Assembly (NCBI GenBank): GCA_040225955.1
Contig: JBECUL010000016.1
Coordinates: 1-42,792, forward strand
Reading direction: 5' to 3'
DNA length: 42,792 nt
From: Candidatus Asgardarchaeum abyssi
GTDB taxonomy: Archaea; Asgardarchaeota; Asgardarchaeia; Asgardarchaeales; Asgardarchaeaceae
Part shown: one piece after another, positions 20,690 through 32,119 of the stretch
Layout of the letters: every line of letters starts with the position of its first letter
How positions within the stretch are numbered: position 1 is the stretch's first letter
The notes under the pieces: model-generated
Databases searched by the model: none
What the model saw: only the letters and a program-made list of their open reading frames with translations
What the model was told of the DNA's origin: nothing
Made by a program: the position numbers and the translations under genes

Positions 20690-21493
20690 ATGAAAAAAGA
20701 GAATATAGTATTAATTAAATTTGGAGGTAGCATACTCTCAGATAAGAGTAAACCATTTTCATTAAGAGTTGAAGTGCTAAAACGTCTGATAGAGGAGTTG
20801 ATTTATTTTCATGGAAAAATGATTATAATTCACGGTGGGGGCTCTTTCGGACATCCAGTTGCAAACGCTTTTAATTACAAAAGTAATAGAAGATTCATTG
20901 ACCCTCAGGGAATAGCACATATTCATTATGCAATGCGTGTTTTTAACAATATCATTGTGAAGCTATTACTCAACAAAGGGCTAAATGCAATATCTTTTGA
21001 ACCAATGTCATATTTATGTTTAGAGAATAGCAAAATAAAGAATGCTTTTCTTGAAGGTATAAGGTTATCTTTAAAACTAGGTTTAATTCCAGTAACTTTT
21101 GGAGATATAGCCTTGGATGAAGAGTTGGGTTCGGCTATTATTTCGGGGGATACACTATTAAAGTTACTTGCAATAGAAATGAAGGTGAATAAGTTAGTTG
21201 TGTGTACAGATGTTGATGGTGTTTTTATTAAGGAGAATGGTAATAAAAAACTTGTTAGGGAAATAAATAGTAGCAATATAAAATCCATTTTGGAGCTATT
21301 AAAAAACGAGAAGCAAGTTACTGATAACAACAAAATCGATGTGACTGGTGGTATGTATTATAAGATCACAGAATTATGGGAAGTTGCTAAAAAAGGGATA
21401 CCAGTTATTATAATTAACGGTTTGGTACCTAACAGATTGAAGAATATCTTATTAAAAAAATCAAATGAAACACAAACTATAATAAAACCATGA
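20690..21493 (+). CDS. ipk: Isopentenyl phosphate kinase
   Basis: KFGGS, HGGGSFGH, SGD, DVTGGM. Confidence 0.92.
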   Translation: MKKENIVLIKFGGSILSDKSKPFSLRVEVLKRLIEELIYFHGKMIIIHGGGSFGHPVANAFNYKSNRRFIDPQGIAHIHYAMRVFNNIIVKLLLNKGLNAISFEPMSYLCLENSKIKNAFLEGIRLSLKLGLIPVTFGDIALDEELGSAIISGDTLLKLLAIEMKVNKLVVCTDVDGVFIKENGNKKLVREINSSNIKSILELLKNEKQVTDNNKIDVTGGMYYKITELWEVAKKGIPVIIINGLVPNRLKNILLKKSNETQTIIKP

Positions 21494-21530
21494 GAGAAAA
21501 TGTGTGAGGAATAGCTAAGAGGGGCATCTT

Positions 21531-22673
21531 ATGAGTAAAAATAATGAATTAACCACAGAAAGAAGAAAAATCGAACATATCGAAATTTGTTTAACTAATA
21601 AAGTGGAATCTTATACGTCTACGTGGTTTGAATATGTTAGATTTGTTCATAATCCCCTTCCAGAGATAAATATAGATGAAATTGATGTTTCTACTTCCTT
21701 TCTTGGAAGAAAGATATCGTTGCCACTAATGATCTCCGGAATGACTGGTGGTTCTCAGATTTCTAAGAAGATAAATAAAATGCTTGCTGAAGTTGCTGAA
21801 CAAAAGCAAATACCAATAGGCGTTGGAAGTCAGCGTGCTGGAATTGAAAATCCCAAGCTTATTGAGACCTACCGTATTGTTAGAGATGTTGCGCCTACTA
21901 CAATAGTCATAGGTAATATAGGCGCGCCTCAAATTTCCTCAGAATATGATATCTCAAAGATAATTAAAGCTATAGAAATGATAGATGCTGATGCATTAGC
22001 TATACATCTGAATGCTTTACAAGAAGCAATTCAGCCGGAGGGTAACGCTAAATATAAAGGTGTCATAGAGAATATTGGTAAGATACAATCCGAGCTAGAT
22101 ATTCCTATAATTGTAAAAGAAACTGGAGCGGGCCTTACTAGGAATGCTGTTAAGATTCTAAAAGAGAATTGTGGAATTAAAATATTTGATGTAAGCGGGA
22201 TTGGTGGAACGAGTTTTTCGGCGGTTGAAGTACACCGAGCGATTAGAATTAAAGATGAACATAAAGAAAAATTAGGTAAGCTTTTCTGGGACTGGGGGGT
22301 CCCAACAGCGGCAGCACTTGTAGATTTGTATACCTTCTCTGATGAGATTACAATTATAGCATCAGGTGGTATTCGTACAGGTATTGATATATGTAAATCT
22401 TTATCTCTTGGCGCCCGCATCGCTGGAATGGCACTTCCTTTTTTGAAGGTTATTCACGGATCTGGAGTTGAAGGTGCTATGAAATTTATTGATTTCATAG
22501 AGGACCAAATAAAAATATGTATGTTTTTGATTGGGGCGTCATCTGTTGAAAAGATAAGAAAAGCTAGCATATTCATATATGGTCCTCTTGCTGAATGGGT
22601 CAAGTGTAGATATGGTTTTAGTGAAGGTACTAAGTTATTATCGTATTTTATGAATAGATCATTAGATGCTTAA
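21531..22673 (+). CDS. fni: Type 2 isopentenyl-diphosphate isomerase
   Basis: RKIEHI, MTGG, GSQR, HLNALQEAIQPEG, VKETGAG. Confidence 0.95.
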   Translation: MSKNNELTTERRKIEHIEICLTNKVESYTSTWFEYVRFVHNPLPEINIDEIDVSTSFLGRKISLPLMISGMTGGSQISKKINKMLAEVAEQKQIPIGVGSQRAGIENPKLIETYRIVRDVAPTTIVIGNIGAPQISSEYDISKIIKAIEMIDADALAIHLNALQEAIQPEGNAKYKGVIENIGKIQSELDIPIIVKETGAGLTRNAVKILKENCGIKIFDVSGIGGTSFSAVEVHRAIRIKDEHKEKLGKLFWDWGVPTAAALVDLYTFSDEITIIASGGIRTGIDICKSLSLGARIAGMALPFLKVIHGSGVEGAMKFIDFIEDQIKICMFLIGASSVEKIRKASIFIYGPLAEWVKCRYGFSEGTKLLSYFMNRSLDA

Positions 22674-22772
22674 TCAAGAAAAACCAATTAAAGTAAGCTT
22701 GCGTTCTGGTTAGTGTTTTAAATTTTGTTTTAAGAAAGTTTTTATATTATACATGAATATCGTTTAATACAC

Positions 22773-22805
22773 GTGATGAATGATGAGGTAAAAACCGAAG
22801 GAGGT
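22773..22805 (+). promoter_or_regulatory. Putative K-turn in rpl7ae 5' UTR
   Basis: GTGATGAATGATGA-GGT-AAAA-ACC-GA immediately before SD AGGAGG; TATA-like TTTATAT at ~22741. Confidence 0.55.
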
Positions 22806-22812
22806 TAAGTCT

Positions 22813-23181
22813 ATGCCTAAACCTTTCTATGTTAAGTTTGATGTTCCTAAGGAGCTTGTTGCAAGGGCTCTTGAAGCTTTATCTCTAGCTAGAGATACAG
22901 GAAAAATAAAACGAGGGACGAATGAAACTACAAAAGCAGTGGAACGAGGACTTGCAAAATTAGTCTACATAGCTGAGGATGTTGAACCACCTGAAATTGT
23001 GGCGCACTTGCCACTACTTTGTGAGGAAAAAAAGGTTCCATATATTTATGTCCCTAGTAAAAAGCAACTCGGAGAAACTTGTGGAATAGAAGTTGCAGCA
23101 GCATCTGCAGCAATTATAGACCCCGGAAGAGCAGAGGCTCTGGTAAAAGAAATCTCAGAAAAATTAGCCGCACTTAAATAG
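22813..23181 (+). CDS. rpl7ae: 50S ribosomal protein L7Ae (eL8)
   Basis: [27 protein letters not shown]. Confidence 0.98.
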   Translation: MPKPFYVKFDVPKELVARALEALSLARDTGKIKRGTNETTKAVERGLAKLVYIAEDVEPPEIVAHLPLLCEEKKVPYIYVPSKKQLGETCGIEVAAASAAIIDPGRAEALVKEISEKLAALK

Positions 23182-23292
23182 AAAATAAAAAAGTAAATTA
23201 TTAGGGAAAGCAATATCTTATCTATTATTATTTTTATTTTGTCAGCAAAAAACTTATAAAGTTGGCTCATGAGATTCGTGTAGGTGATTAAA

Positions 23293-23508
23293 ATGAGTTC
23301 AAGTGACGATGCAACTCCTGCTGAAGTTGTACAAATAATTGGCAGAACAGGTATGACAGGAGAATTGACTCAAGTGAGAGTTAGAATATTAGAAGGAAGA
23401 GATAAAGGTAGAGTGATTACGAGAAACGTAAAAGGACCTGTTAGACTGGGTGATATTCTAATGCTACGTGACACTGAGCATGAAGCTCAAAGAATCTCTA
23501 GAAGATAG
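23293..23508 (+). CDS. rps28e: 30S ribosomal protein S28e
   Basis: [18 protein letters not shown]. Confidence 0.97.
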   Translation: MSSSDDATPAEVVQIIGRTGMTGELTQVRVRILEGRDKGRVITRNVKGPVRLGDILMLRDTEHEAQRISRR

Positions 23509-23521
23509 TGGGGTGTAAATA

Positions 23522-23716
23522 ATGAGGAAATACAGATGTAGTTTTTGCAACAAAGAAATCGAACCAGGAACAGGTATTATTTATGTTAGGCTAGATGGAA
23601 CAAAACTTTACTTTTGTTCATCTAAGTGCAGGAAAAATATGCTTAAGCTAAAGAGAGACCCTCGGAAGCTAAAGTGGACAGGATTTTACGTAAAAAGTAT
23701 TAGAAAAAGAAGTTAA
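23522..23716 (+). CDS. rpl24e: 50S ribosomal protein L24e
   Basis: CSFC..PGTG..FCSSKC..PRKLKWT. Confidence 0.97.
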   Translation: MRKYRCSFCNKEIEPGTGIIYVRLDGTKLYFCSSKCRKNMLKLKRDPRKLKWTGFYVKSIRKRS

Positions 23717-23723
23717 TAAAAAT

Positions 23724-24404
23724 TCATTTTGAAGTTCTTGAAAGATCTACATTCGCCAAAACAAAATCTACAAAGTTCCTAATAACCTCTTTCTCATATG
23801 GTATATTATTTTCCCTAAGCTCGCTTATTATTATTTTTTCAAGACTTAGTATCGCGTCTTTTCTCTCAATATCATCATTACAATATTTTTTACAAATCTC
23901 TCTCATCTCGTATGTTTTTGTTTTGGGGGGATTTTTACTCAGCCACTTTTTTAGATACATTCCTAAGTCATCGGATGCTGTTCTTTCGTCGAAAATTAGG
24001 TCGAAATTATTTTTCCATAATTTAATTTCACGTTTTGCAGAATCTGCAGAGTCTGATGCATGAGCTATATTTACACCACCCCATATTCCAAACTTTCCTC
24101 TGATAGTATCTGGATCTGCCTTGTGTGCTAATGTATTTCCAAGTAGCTCCCTAGTTTCTTTTATTACGTTCTCTCCTTCAAAAATAACAACAACCACATT
24201 ATATATAGTTAAAAAATTCACCAGCCAATTATAAAAGAACTTTCCACGATGCTCCGCATAATGTACTTCTGAGAAGTCATGTGGTACTCTTACCTCCTTA
24301 AAAGCAACAGGTTTAAAATGTCTAACAAGAATATCTAAAGTAAGCGCACCAACATGCCTTCTTATGGTTGCATCAGGTTTCAAAATAAATAGTGTTTGTT
24401 CCAT
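23724..24404 (-). CDS. ndk: Nucleoside-diphosphate kinase with C-terminal extension
   Basis: ILKPD, HYAEH.GK.F, TIRG.FG, NIAHASDS..SAKREI. Confidence 0.88.
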   Translation of the reverse strand: MEQTLFILKPDATIRRHVGALTLDILVRHFKPVAFKEVRVPHDFSEVHYAEHRGKFFYNWLVNFLTIYNVVVVIFEGENVIKETRELLGNTLAHKADPDTIRGKFGIWGGVNIAHASDSADSAKREIKLWKNNFDLIFDERTASDDLGMYLKKWLSKNPPKTKTYEMREICKKYCNDDIERKDAILSLEKIIISELRENNIPYEKEVIRNFVDFVLANVDLSRTSK

Positions 24405-24524
24405 GTGGATCACCTATTCTTGGCAAAATATTCTTAAGCGGTAGGTAGATTAATATTTCGATTTACATAAGAATGTTTAATTTATAATTCTTACTTATTT
24501 ATTCAGAAAAATCTAGAAAAGGCG

Positions 24525-26327
24525 ATGATAATGACTCAAAAATCAGCTAATAAAGATGCATACAAAAGATCCCCAATTGTAACAGTACTTGGGCATATTG
24601 ATGTAGGAAAAACAAGCTTACTTGATAAGATTAGAGGTACAGCAGTTCAGAAAAAAGAAGCTGGAGGTATTACGCAGCATATAGGTGCAAGTTTTTTCCC
24701 TATAGATACGATAAAATCTATTTGTGGCGACCTACTTAATCTTCTGAAAGTTGAATTAACATTACCAGGTCTACTAATAATAGATACCCCTGGCCATGAA
24801 GTCTTTGTAAATCTTAGAAAACGAGGAGGAAGCGTTAGCGATATTGCTATTCTCGTTGTCGACATAACAAAAGGATTCCAAGCCCAAACTTATGAAGTTA
24901 TAAATATTCTTAAATCAAGAAAAATTCCTTTCATTGTTGCTGCAAATAAATTAGATAGAATACCTGGTTGGCAAAAGAATCCCGATAAACCTTTTATATT
25001 TTCGTTAAAAGAGCAACCAGCCGATGTTAAAAAGTTACTTGATAACTATTTATATAATCTGATTGGTGAGTTCTCTCAAGAGGGATTCAGAGCCGACAGG
25101 TATGATAAAATAAGAGATTTTACGAGAACCGTTGCAATAATACCAACAAGTGCTGTTACAGGAGAGGGCATACCTGATTTACTAATGGTGTTAGTTGGAC
25201 TTACTCAGCAATATATGGCCAAAAGGTTACTCACGAAGAAAGGACCAGGTGCAGGAGTAGTATTAGAAGTTAAGGATGAAATAGGGTTGGGACGAACAAT
25301 AGATGTTATACTTTATGATGGTGTTCTAAGAAAGAATGATATAATAGTCGTTGGTGGCTTAGAAAGGCCCATTGTAACAAAAATACGTTCTCTACTAGTC
25401 CCTAAGCCCTTAGATGAGATTAGAGCTCCACGTGATAAGTTTACTGCGATTAACGAAATACATGCTGCCGCAGGTGTTAAAATAGCGGCTCCTAATCTTG
25501 ATGGGGCCATTGCTGGTGCACCGATAAAGGCTGTTTGGGATAAATCAAATCTTGATAATGTTCTTGATGAGATAATTCAAGAAGTCCAAAAAATTAGAAT
25601 ACATACTGATAAGGAAGGGGTTATCGTAAAAGCTGATACCCTTGGCACACTAGAAGCCATAATTGAATATCTTAGGAGATTTAAAGTGCCGATTCGAGTA
25701 GCTGACGTTGGTGATGTTTCCAAAAGGGACATTATTGAGGCCTATGCAGTAAAGGAGAAGAATCCATATTATGGGGTAGTTTTGGCATTTAATGTAAAAA
25801 CTCTTCCAGATGCTGAAGAAAAAGCAAAAGAGTTAAATGTAAAAATCTTCTGGAGTGATATTATTTATAAGTTATTTGAGGATTATGATAGGTGGGTTAA
25901 AGAGCAAAAGGAAATGGAAATTAAAAGAAAATTAGGTGCTGTCATAAGGCCTGGCAAAATAAAAATTTTACCTGGATATGTTTTTCGAAGTAGCAAACCC
26001 GCAATTGTTGGTGTTGAAGTTCTAGGCGGAATTATCAAGCCAAAATGTACTTTAATTGATAAAAACGGAGAGACCATCGGGATGATCCTGCAAATTCAAG
26101 ATAAAGGTAAAAATATAAGCGAAGCGAGAAAAGGTCAAGCTGTTGCGATTTCGATAAAGGGTGCAGTAGTAGGGAGAGATTTTGACGAAGGTGACGAATT
26201 ATATATTATGGTTCCAAGGGGGCATGTTGCGATTCTTAAAAGAGACTTAAAGGAAGAAATAAGTCCAGATGAGCATGAAGTTTTAAATGAACTCATTGAA
26301 ATATATAAAAAGAAACGAGCTGTATAA
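24525..26327 (+). CDS. infB: Translation initiation factor aIF5B/IF-2
   Basis: GHIDVGKT, EAGGITQHIGA, DTPGHE, NKLD. Confidence 0.97.
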   Translation: MIMTQKSANKDAYKRSPIVTVLGHIDVGKTSLLDKIRGTAVQKKEAGGITQHIGASFFPIDTIKSICGDLLNLLKVELTLPGLLIIDTPGHEVFVNLRKRGGSVSDIAILVVDITKGFQAQTYEVINILKSRKIPFIVAANKLDRIPGWQKNPDKPFIFSLKEQPADVKKLLDNYLYNLIGEFSQEGFRADRYDKIRDFTRTVAIIPTSAVTGEGIPDLLMVLVGLTQQYMAKRLLTKKGPGAGVVLEVKDEIGLGRTIDVILYDGVLRKNDIIVVGGLERPIVTKIRSLLVPKPLDEIRAPRDKFTAINEIHAAAGVKIAAPNLDGAIAGAPIKAVWDKSNLDNVLDEIIQEVQKIRIHTDKEGVIVKADTLGTLEAIIEYLRRFKVPIRVADVGDVSKRDIIEAYAVKEKNPYYGVVLAFNVKTLPDAEEKAKELNVKIFWSDIIYKLFEDYDRWVKEQKEMEIKRKLGAVIRPGKIKILPGYVFRSSKPAIVGVEVLGGIIKPKCTLIDKNGETIGMILQIQDKGKNISEARKGQAVAISIKGAVVGRDFDEGDELYIMVPRGHVAILKRDLKEEISPDEHEVLNELIEIYKKKRAV

Positions 26328-26406
26328 TTTAATTTTTAATAATTGAAACAAAAAGTTTTTGAATATTGAAATAAAAATCCACAGAGAATTAAAAGAGGTG
26401 CATAGA

Positions 26407-26859
26407 ATGCCTGAATTTAAAGTGGTTATATCTGATCCAAAAACTGGTAAAAGCAGGCAGATAGAGGTTAAAGATGAAAAAGCTAGGGCATTAATCGATA
26501 AAAAAATAGGTGACATAATAGACGGTGAGCTCATTGGTGTGAGTGGAGTAAAACTTCAAATAACTGGTGGTAGTGATATTGCGGGTTTTCCAATGAGAGC
26601 CGATATTGAGGGGCCTATTAAAAAATATATTTTGCTAAGCGGTGGTGTAGGCTTTCGACCACGAAGGAAAGGCGAACGTAGAAGGAAATTAGTTCGTGGG
26701 AATACTATTAGCGAGGATATAGTTCAAATTAATATGAAGATAATATATCCTGAAAAGCCAAAGCGTGTTAAAAAGAAGAAGGTAGAGGAAGAAAAAGAAA
26801 AGACTGAGATTGTTGAGAAAGAACAATCTGTAAAGGAAGCAACTACACCTGAACAATAA
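26407..26859 (+). CDS. rps6e: 30S ribosomal protein S6e
   Basis: ITGGSD..GFPM, GERRRKLVRGN. Confidence 0.97.
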   Translation: MPEFKVVISDPKTGKSRQIEVKDEKARALIDKKIGDIIDGELIGVSGVKLQITGGSDIAGFPMRADIEGPIKKYILLSGGVGFRPRRKGERRRKLVRGNTISEDIVQINMKIIYPEKPKRVKKKKVEEEKEKTEIVEKEQSVKEATTPEQ

Positions 26860-27002
26860 ATTAAGTTATTGTTAAGAATTGTTAAGAGAAAATAATAAAT
26901 TAATTATTTTAGGAAATTATTGAGCATAATATTAAGAATAATAAGATAATTAAGTCACATAATATTTTATTATTATCCTAGTAATTTCGGATGTGATATT
27001 AA

Positions 27003-28307
27003 ATGTCAAAAAAAAGAAAGAGCAGAGCAGTTAAAAAAAATAAATCTCTAGGGGAAGAAGAGGAAAAGATACCCCGCCAAGCACAAATAAACATTGGAAC
27101 TATTGGGCATGTAGACCACGGTAAAACAACACTAGTTCAAGCAATAAGTGGTGTCTGGACAGATCGTCATTCTGAAGAAATAAAGAGAGGTATCAGTATA
27201 AAATTGGGCTATGCTGATGCGATTTTAAGAAAATGTCCTACTTGCCCAGAACCACAATGTTACACGACTGAAACAGTATGCCCCCACTGTGGTTCTAAAA
27301 CTGAGTTTATTCGTAGGATATCATTCGTTGATTCACCAGGTCATGAAGCTCTGTTAGCTACTATGCTTTCTGGATCAGCTTTAATGGATGCAGCAATATT
27401 GGTAGTTGCTGCTAATGAGCCATGCCCTCAACCACAAACTAGAGAGCATTTTGAAGCTTTAATGATTTCTGGAGTTAAAAATCTAATTGTTGCTCAGAAT
27501 AAGATAGAGCTCGTCTCCGAAGAAGAAGCTATTGAAAATTATAATCAGATTAAAAATTTACTTAAGGGGACTCCTGCTGAAAATGCTCCCATAATTCCAA
27601 TATCTGCTATTTTTAAGATAAATGTCGATGTAATAATAGAGGCCATATACAAACATTTTCCACTGCCGAAACGAGATTTGAGCAAACCTCCAAGGATGTA
27701 TATTGCACGATCTTTTGATGTAAATAAACCTGGAACGCCTCCAGAAAATCTAGTAGGTGGTGTAGTAGGTGGGTCACTAATTCAAGGATTGCTGAGAGTT
27801 GGGGATGAAATAGAAATAGCCCCTGGGATAAAACGCACTCATATGGGGAAAATAATATATGAACCCTTATATACTGAGGTCGTTTCATTAAGGACAAGTT
27901 TAGGAGATGATCTAATGGAGGCTAAACCAGGTGGCTTAATTGGAGTTGGGACGTTATTAGACCCGTCTTTAACCAAAGCTGATGCCTTAGTTGGGAATGT
28001 ATTAGGAAAGCCTGGAACACTTCCACCAGTTAGGTATTCATTAAACATAGAGTTGCACTTCATTGAACGACATTTAGCAAGTATGACTTCACGTATTGAA
28101 ACTATTAAAAGGATAACAAAAAATGAAATATTACTAATAAATGCTGGAACAGCTGCGACTTTGGGCGTAATTACTGATATTAAAGGAGAAGAAATATCAA
28201 TAAGCCTAAGGAAGCCTATATGTATCGAGGAGGACAGTAGAATCGCGATAAGTAAGAAAATCAGTGGTCGGTGGCGTTTAGTTGGATATGGTATTATCAA
28301 GGGATAA
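27003..28307 (+). CDS. eif2g: Translation initiation factor aIF2 gamma
   Basis: GHVDHGKT, RGISIKLGY, Zn knuckle, PQPQTREH, WRLVGYG. Confidence 0.97.
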   Translation: MSKKRKSRAVKKNKSLGEEEEKIPRQAQINIGTIGHVDHGKTTLVQAISGVWTDRHSEEIKRGISIKLGYADAILRKCPTCPEPQCYTTETVCPHCGSKTEFIRRISFVDSPGHEALLATMLSGSALMDAAILVVAANEPCPQPQTREHFEALMISGVKNLIVAQNKIELVSEEEAIENYNQIKNLLKGTPAENAPIIPISAIFKINVDVIIEAIYKHFPLPKRDLSKPPRMYIARSFDVNKPGTPPENLVGGVVGGSLIQGLLRVGDEIEIAPGIKRTHMGKIIYEPLYTEVVSLRTSLGDDLMEAKPGGLIGVGTLLDPSLTKADALVGNVLGKPGTLPPVRYSLNIELHFIERHLASMTSRIETIKRITKNEILLINAGTAATLGVITDIKGEEISISLRKPICIEEDSRIAISKKISGRWRLVGYGIIKG

Positions 28308-28716
28308 AAACAAACGCAATCTTTGTATAATTTTAGATACAAATTTTCTTTTTGTGCCATATTTATTTAAGATTGATATCTTGGATGAGTTTTATAATAT
28401 AATTAATACCTCTTTTGAAATTTTGATACTTAAAGATAGTATAGAAGAGCTGAAGCGGAAGCTGATGAATATTAAAAGTGAAAAACAGAGAAAAGAGATA
28501 GAGATGGCTCTTGAATATGCAAAAAATTTTAAAGTAATAGATGTTGATTTTAACAAAAGTCTTTCTGTGGACGATAAAATTGTAGAATTTGCCCTATTAA
28601 ATAACTGTATTGTTGCTACTAATGATAAAGAACTAAGAAAAAAACTAAAAAGGTTGGGCATCCCAATAATTTGTGTTCGTGGAAAAAAGTACTTGACAAT
28701 TTATGGATATTATTAA
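28288..28716 (+). CDS. PIN-domain nuclease (Fcf1/Utp24-like)
   Basis: ILDTNFL, VDD, VATNDKEL; conserved position after aIF2g. Confidence 0.88.
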   Translation: MVLSRDKNKRNLCIILDTNFLFVPYLFKIDILDEFYNIINTSFEILILKDSIEELKRKLMNIKSEKQRKEIEMALEYAKNFKVIDVDFNKSLSVDDKIVEFALLNNCIVATNDKELRKKLKRLGIPIICVRGKKYLTIYGYY

Positions 28717-28745
28717 AATACTTATGTTTAAGAGGGTGTTGTGAA

Positions 28746-29342
28746 ATGTTCGAGCTTGTAACAATAGAAGATATAATCCGTATACCTCCTTCCCTTTTTG
28801 ACCGTGATTTGGAAGAAGCTGCTTTAGAAGTTTTAAGAAACGAGTATGAGGGGATCACAGATCCTGATTTAGGGAAAGTAATATCTGTAGTGGATATACT
28901 TGACGTGGGCATAGGAAAGTTAATACCAGGTGATGGAGCATCTTACCATTCTGTTAAGTTTACTGTTGTTGCTTTTAAACCAAAGGTTAATGAGATTGTT
29001 GAAGGTATCGTAGTAGAGGTTGTTGATTTTGGGATTTTTGTAAGAGTTGGACCTATTGATGGATTATGCCATATTAGCCAAGTTGCTGACGATTTTTTCT
29101 CTTACGATTCGAAAAATGCTGTATTAATTGGTAAAACAAAGGGCTATAAAATTCAAGTGGATGACGTTGTAAGGGCGAGAATAGTGGCTGTATCAATGAG
29201 TGGACCTGATAAAACGGGAAAGTTTGCTCTTTCAATGCGACATCCATATCTGGGAAAGTTAGAATGGATTCAAGCTCAAATACAGCAAGAACTTCAAAGC
29301 GAGGAATCTAAGAAAAAAGCTACCAAAAAAGAAGGTGAGTGA
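28746..29342 (+). CDS. rpoE1: RNA polymerase subunit Rpo7/E'
   Basis: IRIPP, PGDGA.Y, GPIDGLCHISQ, PYLGKLEW. Confidence 0.96.
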   Translation: MFELVTIEDIIRIPPSLFDRDLEEAALEVLRNEYEGITDPDLGKVISVVDILDVGIGKLIPGDGASYHSVKFTVVAFKPKVNEIVEGIVVEVVDFGIFVRVGPIDGLCHISQVADDFFSYDSKNAVLIGKTKGYKIQVDDVVRARIVAVSMSGPDKTGKFALSMRHPYLGKLEWIQAQIQQELQSEESKKKATKKEGE

Positions 29343-29529
29343 CATGCCATTACGTGCATGTAGAAGATGTCATGCATTGACGACTGGAAGTAGGTGCCCC
29401 ATTTGTAAATCGACGGACTTAACAACTGATTTTTCGGGGATTGTAATAATTAATAATCCAGAGAACTCTATTATTGCCAAAAAATTGAATATCAAACAAC
29501 CTGGAATGTATGCTCTTAAGGTGCGATGA
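29335..29529 (+). CDS. spt4: Transcription elongation factor Spt4 (RpoE'')
   Basis: ACRRCH..CPIC..PGMYALKVR. Confidence 0.95.
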   Translation: MSDMPLRACRRCHALTTGSRCPICKSTDLTTDFSGIVIINNPENSIIAKKLNIKQPGMYALKVR

Positions 29530-29533
29530 CTAA

Positions 29534-30091
29534 ATGAGAGTTTGGAAATTACCAAGTAATCTAATTGAACAATTAAGAAAACCCTTAGGAACATTATTTA
29601 AGGGCAATCCAGAGAAAGTATGGTCTCAAATAATCGATAAATATGACATAAAGAAGGTACCCAAGATTACTACGGTTGGTGATGTGGTATCTTATAATTT
29701 TTCTAGGTTTGTTAAAAGAATTCCCGATTTGATGATAATTGATAAAAAATCAATTAGACGTGAAATAAAGAATCCTCATTATCATAAATTTTTAACTTCG
29801 ATACAATCAAACTTCAATCTCATACTTCACGCATATAATCCTAGAAGCACTTTAACTGAAAGCACTTTGGACTCTATAAAGCTTGCTTATTCGAATGGGA
29901 AAACAATTTTATTTATCAATGGAGAGGAAGATTTATGTACTATACCTTCAGTATTATTTTCGCCAATTGGTAGTCTTGTATTCTATGGTCAACCGCGCCA
30001 AGGCGTTGTAGCCATTTTAGTTGATGAAAAGAAGAAAGAAGAGTTTAAGAAAATATTCAATGCTATGGAGGAGGTTACGCATGGAGCTTGA
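29534..30091 (+). CDS. GTP-dependent dephospho-CoA kinase (DUF359)
   Basis: LRKPLG, TVGDVVS, GEEDL, YGQPRQG. Confidence 0.88.
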   Translation: MRVWKLPSNLIEQLRKPLGTLFKGNPEKVWSQIIDKYDIKKVPKITTVGDVVSYNFSRFVKRIPDLMIIDKKSIRREIKNPHYHKFLTSIQSNFNLILHAYNPRSTLTESTLDSIKLAYSNGKTILFINGEEDLCTIPSVLFSPIGSLVFYGQPRQGVVAILVDEKKKEEFKKIFNAMEEVTHGA

Positions 30092-30389
30092 AGTTCTCGA
30101 AAAGAAAGAAAATAAGTTGCTTGATAGGTATGAAGTATACTTCATAGTAAGATATCCTGCTGCACCTACACCATCAAGGATCGATGTTAAGAAAAAACTT
30201 GCTGCCTTGTTGGACTCCAGCGAAGATTTAATAGTAATACATTATCTCAAACCAAGAGCTGGTAAGCATGAATGCACTGGTCGCGCTCACATATATGCCG
30301 ACCGAAAAAGATTGGAGGAGATAGAACCCAAATATTTAATTGAGAGAGATCTCAGAAAAGTAAAAGCGGAGAAGGAGGTAGCTAAGTAG
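30081..30389 (+). CDS. rps24e: 30S ribosomal protein S24e
   Basis: NKLLDR, TPSR..VKKKLA, G.AHIY. Confidence 0.95.
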   Translation: MELEVLEKKENKLLDRYEVYFIVRYPAAPTPSRIDVKKKLAALLDSSEDLIVIHYLKPRAGKHECTGRAHIYADRKRLEEIEPKYLIERDLRKVKAEKEVAK

Positions 30390-30538
30390 TGTCGGTGCAC
30401 AAATATTATAAAATAGAGGATGGTAAACTTATCCGACTAAAGAAAAAGTGCCCAAGATGCGGGTCATTTATGGCTGATCATAGTAACAGATGGGCATGTG
30501 GTAAATGTGGCTATACAATATTTAAGAAAAGTGAATAA
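30389..30538 (+). CDS. rps27ae: 30S ribosomal protein S27ae (eS31); missed by ORF track
   Basis: Hand translation from GTG: MSVHKYYKIEDGKLIRLKKKCPRCGSFMADHSNRWACGKCGYTIF; no ubiquitin fusion. Confidence 0.94.
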   Translation: MSVHKYYKIEDGKLIRLKKKCPRCGSFMADHSNRWACGKCGYTIFKKSE

Positions 30539-30765
30539 CTATTCCTCCTGTTTTCTCCTATCTTTAACTTTAATAAAATACATATAGAGTTCCAAATATT
30601 ATTATTTATAGCATAATCTATTTTTCTATAATTTTGTTTTACAGTTTTATATTCAAAAATCAATAATTTTTTTGATAATACTAACTTATATAAAAAAAGT
30701 CATCACAACCTTTATGTAGATATTTTTAGTTTTCTATGAACAGCACTACTCTAAGGTGATTATAG

Positions 30766-30987
30766 ATGAAGGTTAGAGTCGATAAAGAATCATGCATTGG
30801 ATGTGGAGTCTGCGTTTCTGTATGCGATGCAGTGTTTGAACTTGGTGATGACGGTAAGAGTAAAATAGTAGCAGAGTATGTTGAAAAAGACGATGACACA
30901 GAGAGCGTTGGAACAGTTCCTGATGATATAGAGTGCGTTAAAGATGCTGTAGAACAGTGTCCTACCGGATCAATATCAACTGAGTAA
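30766..30987 (+). CDS. Ferredoxin (single [4Fe-4S] cluster type)
   Basis: CIGCGVCVSVC ... CVKDAVEQCP. Confidence 0.9.
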   Translation: MKVRVDKESCIGCGVCVSVCDAVFELGDDGKSKIVAEYVEKDDDTESVGTVPDDIECVKDAVEQCPTGSISTE

Positions 30988-31102
30988 AGATGCGTGAACT
31001 CAAAAAACTTTAATTCTCTTAAATATTCGCTTCTTCCCTTTTATTTTCTAATTTTTTAGCCAACCTATATTTTTAAAAGAGCATTTTTAGATATTTTCTT
31101 GA

Positions 31103-32118
<1,016 letters not shown>

Positions 32119-32119
<1 letters not shown>

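Noticed and set aside
19694-22673. mvk-ipk-fni cluster as a novel pathway
   Set aside because: Standard archaeal modified mevalonate-pathway genes in their usual position after rps2
26860-27002. Short repeats (ATTGTTAAGA x2) in an AT-rich spacer
   Set aside because: Low complexity; no regular repeat-spacer period, so not CRISPR
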